From NCBI RefSeq assembly GCF_002854065.1, contig NZ_CP024147.1: DNA of 64,000 nucleotides; one strand, given 5' to 3'. This document shows, in pieces, positions 11,750-23,666 of the stretch (positions are counted from its first letter, which is position 1; the number at the start of each line of letters is the position of its first letter). The position numbers and the translations under genes were made by a program. Source of the stretch: Escherichia coli. GTDB taxonomy: Bacteria; Pseudomonadota; Gammaproteobacteria; Enterobacterales; Enterobacteriaceae. The notes beneath the pieces were generated by a model that was not told the DNA's origin, made no database searches, and worked only from the letters and a program-made list of their open reading frames with translations.

Positions 11750-12985
11750 TTATTTCTGCCAGGCAAGTTGATAAAGCATGAGTGCCAACGTTTTGACCCC
11801 TTCGGCAAGGTCGGTAATATTGGTGCGTTCCGCCGGGTTATGGCTGATCCCGTTGATGCTGGGGATAAAAATCATGCAGGTTGGTACGCGAGGCGCGAAA
11901 ATTTGCGCGTCGTGCCCGGCACCACTGTGCATCACCCGGTAATTCAGTTTTTCACTTTCACACAATTCTGTCAGGGTGGCGACCAGGTCCTTATTCATCG
12001 GCACGGGTTCTTCGTCCATCCATAAATCGATATCAATACCAATGTCCATTTCATCGCAAATCGCCCGCATGTCGTTTTCTAACTGTTGGGTGAAATCACG
12101 CAGCACGGCGGCGTCGGTATGACGACAATCAATGGTGAACGTGGTTTTACCCGGCACCACATTCACCGTATTCGGGCGCGGCTCTACTTTCCCAAAGGTC
12201 AGAACCAGCGGATCGCCCATCTTTTTCGCTTTTTCGATCGACTGATGGCAAATGCGACTGAAAGCGTAAACCGTATCACGACGATAACCCATCGGCGTGG
12301 TGCCTGCATGGTTTGATTCGCCGTTCAGCGTCACCGTATAGCGACGTTGCCCGACAATTGCATTCACCACGCCAATTGATTGCCCATTACTTTCCAGCAC
12401 ACAGCCCTGTTCGATATGCAGTTCGACAAAGGCTTTAATATCCTGACGCGGAGTTAGCGGGGCGTCCGGCAGAGTAAATCCGCAAGCCTTCATCGCATCG
12501 ACAAAACTATTTCCTTTGGCATCACAGATATTCCGCACGTCGTCAGGATTCGCCAGCCCAAAGATATTTTTACTGCCCCAGAAAACATACGGGAAGCGGC
12601 TGCCTTCTTCTTCTGCCATCGCCACCACTTCAACCGTACGCAGCGGTGCGCCGTATTGCGTTTTCAGCCAGTCAATTGCCAGCCACGCCGCCAGCGCGCC
12701 GAATTGCCCGTCGAGGTTACCGCCGTTAACCACGGTATCGATATGCGAACCGCTCAGAACCACTTCCTGTGGATATTCGGTGCCATTCAGGCGACCGTAT
12801 AAATTCCCCACTTCATCGAAACGTGTTTCCAGCCCGCTTGCTGCCATTCTTTTTTTAAATTGCTGCTGGGTTTCCAGCCATTCCGGCGAATAAAGTAAAC
12901 GGGTCATCCCACCCGTTGGGTCAGCGCCAAATGAGGAAAGCCAGGGCAGCGCTTCTTCTATGGCTTGACGAAAATGTGTAATCAT
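11750..12985 (-). CDS. allC: allantoate amidohydrolase
   Basis: 411 aa from MITHFRQAIEE; M20 peptidase-family ORF recognised as AllC. Confidence 0.9.
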   Translation of the reverse strand: MITHFRQAIEEALPWLSSFGADPTGGMTRLLYSPEWLETQQQFKKRMAASGLETRFDEVGNLYGRLNGTEYPQEVVLSGSHIDTVVNGGNLDGQFGALAAWLAIDWLKTQYGAPLRTVEVVAMAEEEGSRFPYVFWGSKNIFGLANPDDVRNICDAKGNSFVDAMKACGFTLPDAPLTPRQDIKAFVELHIEQGCVLESNGQSIGVVNAIVGQRRYTVTLNGESNHAGTTPMGYRRDTVYAFSRICHQSIEKAKKMGDPLVLTFGKVEPRPNTVNVVPGKTTFTIDCRHTDAAVLRDFTQQLENDMRAICDEMDIGIDIDLWMDEEPVPMNKDLVATLTELCESEKLNYRVMHSGAGHDAQIFAPRVPTCMIFIPSINGISHNPAERTNITDLAEGVKTLALMLYQLAWQK

Positions 12986-13006
12986 AAGAAAGTCCTGTCT
13001 CAATAA

Positions 13007-14056
13007 TTATTGCGCAAAGGGATTTTTCGTTTCGTATGACGTGTTATAAAGCGCGTCGGAAATTAAATACTGGTAAATATCATCAACAATTTCGATGCCT
13101 TCGACGGCGGCTTTGCGTTGTTTAATATCCTGATCCTGTCCGGGATAATAAACCTGATTAAAACCGGGCGCGGGGGTAATGGCATTTAATTCGCGCATGG
13201 TCTGGCTAAGATGTTGACGGAATAATTCGCTGGAGGAGAAAAAGTTCGGGTTAATAACTACATGTAATTGCCCCAAATTACGCCCGGCGTGTAAATCGTC
13301 ATACATCGAACTAACCTGTCGCCCGAACGGTAAGCCGAGTAAGACGCCTGAGAGGACGTCAATCATCATCATCAGGCCATACCCTTTCGGCCCGGCTGCG
13401 GGGAGCAGAGCATGTACCGCGAACGGATCGGTTGTTGGTGCACCGTTTTTATCGACCGCCCAGGTATCCGGGATAGACATATTACGCGAGCGGGCGTCGA
13501 GCACTTTTCCCCATGCCTGTACGGTAGTCGCCATATCAAAGGTAAGGATCTCGTCGCCTTCTCCCGGCGCGGCAAAGGCCAGTGGGTTAGTACCGTAGTA
13601 AATTTCCGCGCCGCCAAACGGCACCACCATTGGATCGGACTGGCACATCGAAATGCCAATTAATCCGGCGCGGGCTGCCTGCTGCACAAAATAAGAGATT
13701 GCGCCGCTGTGACCCATCCGGCTGATACCGACCACCGCAACGCCATTTTGCTGGGCGGTTTTGATGGCATGTTCCATACCCATTTTCGCCGCGACCTGTC
13801 CGGCGGCATTGTCGGCATGTAAAATTGCCGAGCACGGCCCGGTTTCCTCAAGACGAAACTCCGGTTCGCGGTTGGTGCCGCCTTTTGAAATGCGTTCCGC
13901 GTAGTATTCCACGCGCACCGCGCCATGAGAGTGGATCCCTCTGGCATCGGCGTAAACCAATACTTCAGCCACGGTTGCAGCGTGCTCACGTTTTAACCCA
14001 GCCTGGCAGAGCTTATTCTCGATTAGCTGGTGGAGTGTTTCCCGACTGATTTTCAT
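13007..14056 (-). CDS. allD: ureidoglycolate dehydrogenase
   Basis: 349-aa ORF recognised as AllD; allE-allC-allD operon order. Confidence 0.9.
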   Translation of the reverse strand: MKISRETLHQLIENKLCQAGLKREHAATVAEVLVYADARGIHSHGAVRVEYYAERISKGGTNREPEFRLEETGPCSAILHADNAAGQVAAKMGMEHAIKTAQQNGVAVVGISRMGHSGAISYFVQQAARAGLIGISMCQSDPMVVPFGGAEIYYGTNPLAFAAPGEGDEILTFDMATTVQAWGKVLDARSRNMSIPDTWAVDKNGAPTTDPFAVHALLPAAGPKGYGLMMMIDVLSGVLLGLPFGRQVSSMYDDLHAGRNLGQLHVVINPNFFSSSELFRQHLSQTMRELNAITPAPGFNQVYYPGQDQDIKQRKAAVEGIEIVDDIYQYLISDALYNTSYETKNPFAQ

Positions 14057-14372
14057 CTGTCTTCCTTTTGAACGACGGTGTGAAGCATGACTGCAATTAA
14101 CATACAGGGAAAATATCTGGATTATGTGATCCAGACAGGCAAAAAAATATAGTTAGAATTTATTTGATAATCTTCGCGCTTTTAACCTGGTTTTTAAAAC
14201 AACCATGCTTATTAAAAAATAACGCGTAATAGTCTGGCGGTTATTTGAATTCTTTTGTTAATAATCCCTGTGTGATATTCATCACCTTATTTACTCGTTG
14301 TCATCGATACCGTAATCGCCACATTAACACTGCTCGTGCAATTGCCATGGGTGCAATTTTTAAGGAGTTGTT

Positions 14373-16040
14373 ATGAACCACGCCTTTATTAAAAAAGGGT
14401 GTTTTCAGGATTCGGTCAGTTTAATGATTATTTCACGAAAACTCAGCGAATCAGAAAATGTTGATGATGTTTCCGTAATGATGGGTACGCCCGCCAATAA
14501 AGCGTTATTAGATACCACAGGTTTCTGGCATGACGATTTTAATAACGCCACGCCGAACGATATTTGCGTGGCAATTCGTAGCGAAGCGGCGGATGCGGGG
14601 ATCGCGCAGGCGATTATGCAGCAGCTTGAAGAGGCGCTAAAACAACTGGCGCAGGGGGCAGGCAGCAGCCAGGCGTTGACGCAGGTGCGTCGCTGGGACA
14701 GTGCCTGTCAGAAATTACCCGATGCCAATCTGGCGCTGATTTCAGTGGCTGGCGAGTATGCGGCGGAGCTGGCGAATCAGGCGCTGGATCGCAACCTCAA
14801 CGTGATGATGTTCTCCGATAACGTCACGCTGGAAGATGAAATCCAACTTAAAACCCGCGCGCGGGAAAAAGGCTTGCTGGTGATGGGGCCGGACTGCGGT
14901 ACGTCGATGATTGCCGGCACGCCGCTGGCTTTTGCTAACGTGATGCCGGAAGGCAACATTGGCGTCATTGGCGCTTCCGGTACCGGGATTCAGGAGCTGT
15001 GCTCGCAGATTGCGCTGGCAGGGGAGGGAATTACTCACGCGATTGGCCTTGGCGGCCGCGACCTCAGCCGTGAAGTGGGCGGCATCAGTGCGCTAACAGC
15101 GCTGGAAATGCTCAGTGCAGACGAGAAAAGCGAAGTGCTGGCATTTGTTTCAAAACCACCTGCCGAAGCTGTGCGTCTGAAAATTGTTAATGCCATGAAA
15201 GCAACCGGCAAACCGACGGTGGCGCTGTTTTTAGGTTATACCCCGGCGGTGGCCCGCGACGAGAATGTCTGGTTTGCCTCCTCGCTGGATGAGGCCGCAC
15301 GCCTGGCTTGCCTGCTTTCACGCGTTACGGCGCGACGTAACGCGATAACGCCTGCCAGCAGCGGATTTATTTGCGGTTTGTATACCGGCGGTACGCTGGC
15401 TGCCGAAGCGGCGGGATTACTTGCCGGACACCTTGGCGTGGAAGCCGATGATGCCCATCATCACGGCATGATGCTCGACGCCGATGGTCACCAGATTATT
15501 GACCTCGGCGATGATTTCTACACCGTCGGGCGTCCCCATCCGATGATCGACCCAACCTTACGCAACCAGTTAATTGCCGATCTCGGCGCTAAACCGTCAG
15601 TGCGCGTATTGCTACTTGATGTCGTGATTGGCTTCGGCGCGACCGCCGATCCTGCCGCCTCGCTGGTAAGCGCCTGGCAAAAAGCCTGTGCTGCGCGTTC
15701 AGACAATCAACCACTGTATGCCATTGCCACGGTGACAGGCACTGAACGTGACCCGCAATGCCGCTCGCAGCAAATCGCCACGCTGGAAGATGCGGGGATT
15801 GCGGTCGTGAGTTCGCTACCGGAAGCCACCTTGCTGGCGGCAGCGTTAATTCATCCGCTCTCGCCTGCCGCACAGCAACACACACCGTCATTACTGGAAA
15901 ACGTCGCCGTGATTAACATCGGATTACGCAGTTTTGCGCTGGAGCTACAAAGCGCCAGCAAACCGGTTGTGCATTACCAATGGTCGCCAGTCGCCGGCGG
16001 CAATAAAAAACTGGCTCGTTTATTAGAACGTTTGCAATAA
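14373..16040 (+). CDS. fdrA: FdrA, succinyl-CoA synthetase alpha-like protein (proposed oxamate transcarbamylase subunit)
   Basis: 555-aa ORF recognised as FdrA. Confidence 0.85.
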   Translation: MNHAFIKKGCFQDSVSLMIISRKLSESENVDDVSVMMGTPANKALLDTTGFWHDDFNNATPNDICVAIRSEAADAGIAQAIMQQLEEALKQLAQGAGSSQALTQVRRWDSACQKLPDANLALISVAGEYAAELANQALDRNLNVMMFSDNVTLEDEIQLKTRAREKGLLVMGPDCGTSMIAGTPLAFANVMPEGNIGVIGASGTGIQELCSQIALAGEGITHAIGLGGRDLSREVGGISALTALEMLSADEKSEVLAFVSKPPAEAVRLKIVNAMKATGKPTVALFLGYTPAVARDENVWFASSLDEAARLACLLSRVTARRNAITPASSGFICGLYTGGTLAAEAAGLLAGHLGVEADDAHHHGMMLDADGHQIIDLGDDFYTVGRPHPMIDPTLRNQLIADLGAKPSVRVLLLDVVIGFGATADPAASLVSAWQKACAARSDNQPLYAIATVTGTERDPQCRSQQIATLEDAGIAVVSSLPEATLLAAALIHPLSPAAQQHTPSLLENVAVINIGLRSFALELQSASKPVVHYQWSPVAGGNKKLARLLERLQ

Positions 16041-16049
16041 GGGGTTCCC

Positions 16050-17309
16050 ATGTTTACATCAGTGGCGCAAGCCAATGCTGCGGTTATCGAACAAATTCGT
16101 CGCGCTCGTCCACACTGGCTGGATGTGCAACCGACTTCTTCACTTATCAGCGAACTAAACCAGGGCAAAACACTGCTTCACGCCGGGCCGCCAATGCGCT
16201 GGCAGGAGATGACCGGACCCATGAAAGGGGCGTGCGTGGGCGCATGTCTGTTCGAAGGTTGGGCGAAAGATGAAGCGCAGGCGCTGGCAATACTGGAGCA
16301 GGGGGAAGTGAACTTCATTCCTTGTCACCATGTGAATGCCGTCGGGCCAATGGGCGGCATTACTTCTGCCAGTATGCCGATGCTGGTGGTCGAGAATGTG
16401 ACCGACGGCAACCGGGCGTACTGCAACCTCAACGAAGGTATCGGCAAAGTGATGCGTTTTGGCGCTTACGGCGAAGATGTCCTGACTCGCCATCGCTGGA
16501 TGCGCGATGTGTTAATGCCAGTATTAAGCGCGGCGCTGGGGCGCATGGAGCGCGGTATCGATCTTACCGCGATGATGGCGCAGGGCATTACCATGGGCGA
16601 TGAGTTCCATCAACGCAATATTGCTTCCTCAGCACTGTTAATGCGTGCGCTGGCCCCACAAATTGCTCGCCTCGATCATGATAAACAGCACATCGCGGAA
16701 GTGATGGATTTCCTCAGCGTGACCGATCAGTTCTTCCTCAACCTCGCGATGGCTTACTGCAAGGCGGCGATGGATGCTGGCGCGATGATCCGCGCAGGCA
16801 GCATCGTCACGGCAATGACCCGCAACGGCAATATGTTCGGGATTCGGGTAAGCGGGCTGGGCGAACGCTGGTTTACTGCGCCTGTAAACACTCCGCAAGG
16901 TCTGTTTTTCACCGGCTTCTCGCAGGAGCAGGCGAACCCGGATATGGGCGATAGCGCGATTACCGAAACCTTTGGTATCGGAGGTGCGGCAATGATCGCA
17001 GCGCCTGGCGTAACGCGCTTTGTCGGTGCGGGTGGCATGGAAGCGGCCAGGGCGGTATCTGAAGAGATGGCGGAAATTTACCTTGAACGCAATATGCAGT
17101 TGCAGATCCCAAGCTGGGATTTTCAGGGCGCGTGCCTGGGACTGGACATTCGTCGCGTGGTAGAAACCGGCATTACGCCACTCATCAATACCGGTATCGC
17201 CCATAAAGAGGCGGGGATCGGGCAGATTGGCGCAGGCACCGTGCGGGCACCGCTGGCGTGCTTTGAACAGGCGCTGGAAGCACTGGCTGAAAGCATGGGT
17301 ATTGGTTGA
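16050..17309 (+). CDS. ylbE: DUF1116 protein YlbE, apparently intact here
   Basis: 419-aa uninterrupted ORF recognised as YlbE. Confidence 0.8.
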   Translation: MFTSVAQANAAVIEQIRRARPHWLDVQPTSSLISELNQGKTLLHAGPPMRWQEMTGPMKGACVGACLFEGWAKDEAQALAILEQGEVNFIPCHHVNAVGPMGGITSASMPMLVVENVTDGNRAYCNLNEGIGKVMRFGAYGEDVLTRHRWMRDVLMPVLSAALGRMERGIDLTAMMAQGITMGDEFHQRNIASSALLMRALAPQIARLDHDKQHIAEVMDFLSVTDQFFLNLAMAYCKAAMDAGAMIRAGSIVTAMTRNGNMFGIRVSGLGERWFTAPVNTPQGLFFTGFSQEQANPDMGDSAITETFGIGGAAMIAAPGVTRFVGAGGMEAARAVSEEMAEIYLERNMQLQIPSWDFQGACLGLDIRRVVETGITPLINTGIAHKEAGIGQIGAGTVRAPLACFEQALEALAESMGIG

Positions 17310-17319
17310 GAAACGCGCA

Positions 17320-18135
17320 ATGACGATCATCCATCCTCTGCTTGCCAGTAGTAGCGCACCGAATTATCGCCAGTCCTGGCGGTTAGCGGGAGTGTGGCGG
17401 CGGGCGATTAACCTGATGACGGAAAGCGGCGAACTGTTAACGCTGCATCGTCAGGGTAGTGGTTTCGGCCCCGGAGGATGGGTGCTTCGCCGCGCGCAAT
17501 TCGATGCGTTATGCGGTGGATTATGCGGCAATGAACGACCGCAGGTTGTGGCTCAAGGTATTCGCCTCGGGCGTTTCACGGTTAAACAGCCACAGCGTTA
17601 TTATTTGCTGCGTATTACGCCGCCTGCGCATCCTCAACCGCTTGCAGCTGCATGGATGCAACGCGCGGAGGAAACCGGGCTTTTCGGGCCACTGGTGTTG
17701 GCGGCAAGCGATCCGCTGCCTGCTGAATTACGCCAGTTTCGTCACTGTTTTCAGGCCGCGCTCAATGGCGTTAAGACCGACTGGCGGCACTGGCTGGGTA
17801 AAGGCCCCGGATTAACGCCAAGTCATGATGACACGCTGAGCGGAATGCTGCTGGCGGCCTGGTATTATGGTGCTTTAGATGCGCGCTCCGGTTGCCAGTT
17901 TTTTGCCTGTTCCGACAATCTTCAACTCGTTACCACAGCGGTGAGCGTCAGTTATTTACGTTATGCCGCGCAAGGATATTTCGCCTCGCCACTCCTGCAC
18001 TTTGTTCATGCTCTGAGTTGCCCGAAACGTACCGCTGTTGCGATTGATTCGCTGCTGGCGCTGGGGCATACGTCAGGGGCAGATACACTGCTGGGGTTCT
18101 GGCTTGGTCAACAATTATTACAAGGAAAACCATGA
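17320..18135 (+). CDS. ylbF: YlbF family protein
   Basis: 271 aa from [11 protein letters not shown]; track ORF extended upstream start rejected because it overlaps ylbE. Confidence 0.8.
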   Translation: MTIIHPLLASSSAPNYRQSWRLAGVWRRAINLMTESGELLTLHRQGSGFGPGGWVLRRAQFDALCGGLCGNERPQVVAQGIRLGRFTVKQPQRYYLLRITPPAHPQPLAAAWMQRAEETGLFGPLVLAASDPLPAELRQFRHCFQAALNGVKTDWRHWLGKGPGLTPSHDDTLSGMLLAAWYYGALDARSGCQFFACSDNLQLVTTAVSVSYLRYAAQGYFASPLLHFVHALSCPKRTAVAIDSLLALGHTSGADTLLGFWLGQQLLQGKP

Positions 18136-19025
18136 AAACACTGGTTGTAGCTCTTGGGGGCAATGCCTTGCTTCAGCGCGGTGAGGCGCTGACGGCAGAA
18201 AATCAATATCGCAATATCGCCAGTGCTGTACCCGCGCTGGCACGCCTGGCCCGTTCTTATCGGCTGGCGATTGTTCACGGCAACGGGCCGCAGGTGGGGC
18301 TGCTGGCGTTACAGAATCTGGCGTGGAAAGAGGTAGAACCGTATCCGCTGGATGTGCTGGTGGCGGAAAGCCAGGGGATGATTGGCTATATGCTGGCGCA
18401 GAGTTTGAGCGCACAGCCGCAGATGCCGCCTGTCACGACGGTGCTGACGCGCATTGAGGTTTCGCCTGATGATCCGGCGTTTTTGCAGCCAGAGAAATTT
18501 ATTGGTCCGGTTTATCAGCCAGAAGAACAAGAGGCACTGGAAGCGGCTTACGGCTGGCAGATGAAACGTGATGGTAAATATTTGCGCCGGGTGGTGGCGT
18601 CTCCGCAACCGCGTAAAATTCTCGACAGCGAAGCCATCGAGTTGTTGCTCAAAGAGGGGCATGTGGTGATTTGCAGTGGCGGCGGCGGTGTGCCTGTGAC
18701 GGATGACGGAGCAGGGAGTGAAGCAGTGATTGATAAAGATCTCGCCGCTGCGTTGCTCGCCGAGCAAATTAACGCCGATGGACTGGTGATCCTCACCGAT
18801 GCTGATGCGGTATATGAAAACTGGGGAACGCCGCAGCAACGTGCCATTCGCCATGCCACACCGGATGAGTTAGCGCCATTTGCCAAAGCCGATGGTTCGA
18901 TGGGGCCGAAGGTAACGGCGGTGAGTGGTTATGTCAGAAGCCGTGGTAAACCCGCGTGGATTGGGGCGTTATCGCGAATTGAAGAGACGCTGGCGGGCGA
19001 AGCGGGGACCTGTATTTCGCTGTAG
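18132..19025 (+). CDS. ybcF: carbamate kinase-like protein
   Basis: 297-aa ORF recognised as YbcF (ArcC-like); start overlaps ylbF stop (ATGA). Confidence 0.85.
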   Translation: MKTLVVALGGNALLQRGEALTAENQYRNIASAVPALARLARSYRLAIVHGNGPQVGLLALQNLAWKEVEPYPLDVLVAESQGMIGYMLAQSLSAQPQMPPVTTVLTRIEVSPDDPAFLQPEKFIGPVYQPEEQEALEAAYGWQMKRDGKYLRRVVASPQPRKILDSEAIELLLKEGHVVICSGGGGVPVTDDGAGSEAVIDKDLAAALLAEQINADGLVILTDADAVYENWGTPQQRAIRHATPDELAPFAKADGSMGPKVTAVSGYVRSRGKPAWIGALSRIEETLAGEAGTCISL

Positions 19026-19029
19026 TGAT

Positions 19030-19150
19030 GAGAGCATCCGGCAATCGGTGCACCATGCCTGATGCGACGCTTGACGCGTCTTATCAGGCCTACAATGGGT
19101 ACCGGAGCGGTAAGCCGGATAAGGCGTTCACGCCGCATCCGGCAATCAAA
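19030..19150. repeat. REP/BIME palindromic units
   Basis: GCCTGATGCGACGCTT...GCGTCTTATCAGGCCTAC and GCCGGATAAGGCG...CGCATCCGGCA imperfect palindromes typical of enterobacterial REP. Confidence 0.5.
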
Positions 19151-19161
19151 TGAGCACCAGG

Positions 19162-20229
19162 TTAACTGAACTTACTCTGTGCCCACATCACACCGCTGGC
19201 ATACTCCGGCGGCAGTAGCGGGATTAAGGCTTCCAGCGTCGCGGACAGACGCGATGTGTCGCTGTCGGTCAAATTCAGATGCCCCACTTTACGGCCCGGA
19301 CGGACTTCTTTGTCGTACCAGTGCAGATGCACCAGCGGCAGTTTCAGCCAGTCATAATTCACATCGCTACCAATCAGGTTGATCATCACCGACGGACTAT
19401 TTACTACCGGTTGCGGTAACGGCAGATCGGTAATCGCCCGCAGATGCAGCTCAAACTGGCTGATGCTGGCACCGTTTTGTGTCCAGTGACCGCTGTTATG
19501 CACACGCGGAGCCAGTTCGTTGATCAGCAGACCTTGCGGGGTGACAAAACACTCCATCGCCATCACGCCCACATAGCCCAGCTCCTGCATAATCGCCGAC
19601 AGCATCTCTTCGGCTTGCGCTTGCTGCTGCGCATTGGCCTGCGGAAAAGCGACGCTGGTGCGCAAAATACCGTCCTGATGCAGGTTATGCGTCAGCGGAT
19701 AAAACACGGTGCTGCCATCAAAACCGCGCGCGCCAACCAGCGACACTTCACCAGAGAAGTTTATGCCCTGCTCGACTATACATTCGCCGTAGCATTCAGC
19801 CGGTAACTGTTCGGTTTCATCGGCGCGTAAACGCCATTGACCGCGACCGTCATAGCCACCAGTGCGACGCTTAACAATCGCCAGCTCACCTAAACGATCA
19901 AACACCGCAGGCCACTCGCTGCGATCGGCAAGTAACTGCCACGGTGCGGTTGGCAGGTGGAGCTTGTCGAAAAGCTGCTTCTGAGTCAGACGGTCGGCAA
20001 TAATCGGGAACACATCGCGGTTCACAAAGGCCGGATGGCGCGCCAGTTCGCGGGTTAATGCGGTTTCCGGCCAGCGTTCTATCTCAGCGGTAATCACGCT
20101 TTGTTGAAAAGGCACCGCCGCCGGTTCAGCGTCCAGCCCGACTGGCCAGACAGCAATGCCTAACGGTTCGCCTGCCTGACGCAGCATACGGCCTAACTGC
20201 CCGTTACCGAGGACGCAAACCTGTTTCAT
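19162..20229 (-). CDS. purK: N5-carboxyaminoimidazole ribonucleotide synthase
   Basis: 355-aa ATP-grasp ORF recognised as PurK. Confidence 0.92.
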   Translation of the reverse strand: MKQVCVLGNGQLGRMLRQAGEPLGIAVWPVGLDAEPAAVPFQQSVITAEIERWPETALTRELARHPAFVNRDVFPIIADRLTQKQLFDKLHLPTAPWQLLADRSEWPAVFDRLGELAIVKRRTGGYDGRGQWRLRADETEQLPAECYGECIVEQGINFSGEVSLVGARGFDGSTVFYPLTHNLHQDGILRTSVAFPQANAQQQAQAEEMLSAIMQELGYVGVMAMECFVTPQGLLINELAPRVHNSGHWTQNGASISQFELHLRAITDLPLPQPVVNSPSVMINLIGSDVNYDWLKLPLVHLHWYDKEVRPGRKVGHLNLTDSDTSRLSATLEALIPLLPPEYASGVMWAQSKFS

Positions 20230-20735
20230 GCCGCACCTCGCGGGTCCGGGTTTTCCAGCACTTCGTCGGTCTGGGCTTTGCGCCAGTCATTCAGACGCTG
20301 GTGCAGTTCTTTATCATGAGTCGCAAGAATTTGTGCTGCCAGTAACGCCGCGTTTGCCGCGCCAGCTTTACCAATCGCCAGCGTACCCACCGGAATGCCG
20401 CGCGGCATTTGTACGATGGAGTAGAGGCTATCGACACCGCTCAGTGCGGCGCTCTGTACTGGCACGCCCAGCACTGGCACCAGCGTTTTGGCGGCAATCA
20501 TGCCTGGCAGGTGCGCTGCGCCGCCTGCGCCCGCAATAATCACCTGATAACCGTTCTCTTCGGCACTTTCGGCGAAGCTGAATAGTTTATCGGGGGTGCG
20601 GTGAGCAGAAACCACTTCAACGTGGTGCGGGACATTCAGGATTTCGAAGATTTCGGCGGCGAACTGCATGGTAGCCCAGTCGCTTTTGGACCCCATCACG
20701 ATGGCGACACGCGCCGGATTATTGCGGGAAGACAT
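20226..20735 (-). CDS. purE: N5-CAIR mutase
   Basis: 169 aa from [19 protein letters not shown]; overlaps purK start. Confidence 0.92.
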   Translation of the reverse strand: MSSRNNPARVAIVMGSKSDWATMQFAAEIFEILNVPHHVEVVSAHRTPDKLFSFAESAEENGYQVIIAGAGGAAHLPGMIAAKTLVPVLGVPVQSAALSGVDSLYSIVQMPRGIPVGTLAIGKAGAANAALLAAQILATHDKELHQRLNDWRKAQTDEVLENPDPRGAA

Positions 20736-20807
20736 GCGTCTTAAAACTCCTGTGGTGCACAACTCTCGGCTTTAGAGGGCACAGAGAATAGCACGGAAAG
20801 AGAGCAA

Positions 20808-20823
20808 GGAAAACGGTTGCGTG
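20808..20823. promoter_or_regulatory. PurR box-like site in purEK promoter
   Basis: Minus-strand reading ACGCAACCGTTTTCCT resembles PurR operator consensus ACGCAAACGTTTGCGT. Confidence 0.45.
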
Positions 20824-20852
20824 GCTGTGAAATCAGCAAAGTTGCGGGTTTT

Positions 20853-21575
20853 TTAAAACGGAAAATGAATTAGCTCAACGTCATCCGCCGTGACTTTCAC
20901 CATCGAACCTTCCGTATGCCAGGCACCCAGTACCACGCGAAAAGCAGGTTGCTGATTGGCGATAAGTTCATGCACCGCCGGGCGATGGGTATGCCCGTGG
21001 ATCAGCCATTGCACCTGATGTTTTTCCATCGCACTGACCACAGCGTTTTGGTTAACGTCCATGATCGCCAGCGATTTACTGCTGTTGGCTTCTTTACTGT
21101 TCGCGCGCATTCGCGCGGCAATGCGTTTGCGCACAAACAACGGCAGGGCGAGGAATAGCGTCTGCAGCCAGGGTTTGTGGACCTTGGCGCGAAAAGCCTG
21201 ATAACCCGCGTCATCGGTACACAGCGTGTCGCCATGCATAATCAGCACCCGGCGGCCATAAAGTTCGAGCACCTTTTCTTCCGGCAATAACGTCATGCCG
21301 CTTTCACGGGCAAAGCGTTTGCCGAGCAGAAAATCACGGTTGCCATGAATGAAATAACAGGGAACGCCGGAATCGGACACCGCTTTGATCGCTGCCGCCA
21401 TCTGGCGATGGAGTGGGTTGGGATCGTCGTCGCCAATCCATGCTTCAAACAGATCGCCAAGAATATACAGCGCGTCGGCCTTGCGGGCTTCTCCCGCTAA
21501 AAAACGCAGAAAACCGGCGGTGATCGCCGGTTCTTCCACGCAGAGATGAAGATCTGCAATAAAGAGTGTCGCCAC
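20853..21575 (-). CDS. lpxH: UDP-2,3-diacylglucosamine pyrophosphatase
   Basis: 240-aa ORF with calcineurin-like phosphoesterase motifs (DLHL, GNRD); recognised as LpxH. Confidence 0.9.
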   Translation of the reverse strand: MATLFIADLHLCVEEPAITAGFLRFLAGEARKADALYILGDLFEAWIGDDDPNPLHRQMAAAIKAVSDSGVPCYFIHGNRDFLLGKRFARESGMTLLPEEKVLELYGRRVLIMHGDTLCTDDAGYQAFRAKVHKPWLQTLFLALPLFVRKRIAARMRANSKEANSSKSLAIMDVNQNAVVSAMEKHQVQWLIHGHTHRPAVHELIANQQPAFRVVLGAWHTEGSMVKVTADDVELIHFPF

Positions 21576-21577
21576 GA

Positions 21578-22072
21578 TTACTCGCTAACGGTCACGCTTT
21601 CAATGATAACGTCTTCTTTTGGCACGTCCTGGTGCATACCGCTACGACCGGTTGCAACACCTTTGATTTTGTCTACCACGTCCATGCCTTCAACCACTTC
21701 AGCAAACACGCAATAGCCCCAACCTTGCAGGCTTTCGCCAGAGAAGTTCAGGAAGTCGTTATCAACCACGTTGATGAAGAACTGTGCAGTTGCAGAGTGC
21801 GGAGCCTGAGTACGGGCCATTGCCAGCGTACCACGGGTATTTTTCAGACCGTTGTTGGCTTCGTTTTTGATCGGTTCTTTGGTGGCTTTTTGTTTCATGC
21901 CCGGTTCAAAACCGCCGCCCTGAATCATAAAGCCGTTGATAACACGGTGGAAAATGGTGTTGTTGTAAAAACCTTCGCGGCAGTAGTCCAGGAAGTTTTT
22001 AACTGTTTCAGGTGCTTTATCGTCAAAAGTTTTGATGACAATATCGCCGTGATTGGTGTGGAAAGTAACCAT
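21578..22072 (-). CDS. ppiB: peptidyl-prolyl cis-trans isomerase B
   Basis: 164-aa cyclophilin ORF recognised as PpiB. Confidence 0.92.
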   Translation of the reverse strand: MVTFHTNHGDIVIKTFDDKAPETVKNFLDYCREGFYNNTIFHRVINGFMIQGGGFEPGMKQKATKEPIKNEANNGLKNTRGTLAMARTQAPHSATAQFFINVVDNDFLNFSGESLQGWGYCVFAEVVEGMDVVDKIKGVATGRSGMHQDVPKEDVIIESVTVSE

Positions 22073-22245
22073 TTTTGCATCCTGTTCCGTTTGATTGGTG
22101 CTTCAACCCAGTTCGGGTCATATATAGGGTGGTGTTATAGCATAACCGCACGATCGGATCATCACGCAATGTATGCTGATTCGCGCGGGAAATATGGGTA
22201 TTATACGCAACTCAATTACCCACACATGTCTAAACGGAATCTTCG

Positions 22246-23631
22246 ATGCTAAAAATCTTCAATACTCTGACACGCCAAAAAGAGGAATTTAAGCCTATTC
22301 ACGCCGGGGAAGTCGGCATGTACGTGTGTGGAATCACCGTTTACGATCTCTGTCATATCGGTCACGGGCGTACCTTTGTTGCTTTTGACGTGGTTGCGCG
22401 TTATCTGCGTTTCCTCGGCTATAAGCTGAAGTATGTGCGCAACATTACCGATATCGACGACAAAATCATCAAACGCGCCAATGAAAATGGCGAAAGCTTT
22501 GTGGCGCTGGTGGATCGCATGATCGCCGAAATGCACAAAGATTTTGATGCGTTGAACATTCTGCGCCCGGATATGGAGCCGCGCGCGACGCACCATATCG
22601 CAGAAATTATTGAACTTACTGAACAACTGATCGCCAAAGGTCACGCTTATGTGGCGGACAACGGCGACGTGATGTTCGACGTCCCGACCGATCCGACTTA
22701 TGGCGTGCTGTCGCGTCAGGATCTCGACCAGCTGCAGGCAGGTGCGCGCGTTGACGTGGTCGACGACAAACGCAACCCGATGGACTTCGTTCTGTGGAAG
22801 ATGTCGAAAGAGGGCGAACCGAGCTGGCCGTCTCCGTGGGGCGCGGGCCGTCCTGGCTGGCACATTGAATGTTCGGCAATGAACTGCAAGCAGCTGGGTA
22901 ACCACTTTGATATCCACGGCGGCGGTTCAGACCTGATGTTCCCGCACCACGAGAACGAAATCGCGCAGTCCACCTGTGCCCATGATGGCCAGTATGTGAA
23001 CTACTGGATGCACTCGGGGATGGTGATGGTTGACCGCGAGAAGATGTCCAAATCGCTGGGTAACTTCTTTACCGTGCGCGATGTGCTGAAATACTACGAC
23101 GCGGAAACCGTGCGTTACTTCCTGATGTCGGGCCACTATCGCAGCCAGCTGAACTATAGCGAAGAGAACCTGAAGCAGGCGCGTGCGGCGCTGGAGCGTC
23201 TCTACACTGCGCTGCGCGGCACAGATAAAACCGTTGCGCCTGCCGGTGGCGAAGCGTTTGAAGCGCGCTTTATTGAAGCGATGGACGACGATTTCAACAC
23301 CCCGGAAGCCTATTCCGTGCTGTTTGATATGGCGCGTGAAGTGAACCGTCTGAAAGCAGAAGATATGGCAGCGGCGAATGCAATGGCATCTCACCTGCGT
23401 AAACTTTCCGCTGTATTGGGCCTGCTGGAGCAAGAACCGGAAGCGTTCCTGCAAAGCGGCGCGCAGGCAGATGACAGCGAAGTGGCTGAGATTGAAGCGT
23501 TAATTCAACAGCGTCTGGATGCCCGTAAAGCGAAAGACTGGGCGGCGGCAGATGCGGCGCGTGACCGTCTTAACGAGATGGGGATCGTGCTGGAAGATGG
23601 CCCGCAAGGGACCACCTGGCGTCGTAAGTAA
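22246..23631 (+). CDS. cysS: cysteinyl-tRNA synthetase
   Basis: 461-aa ORF with HIGH (CHIGHGR) and KMSKS motifs. Confidence 0.95.
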
Positions 23632-23666
23632 TTGCGCTATTGCCGGATGCGAGTTTTCGCATCCGG

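Noticed and set aside
21566-22252. 228-aa plus-strand ORF opposite ppiB
   Set aside because: Antisense to ppiB with no ribosome-binding site and an implausible composition; overlaps the cysS promoter region.
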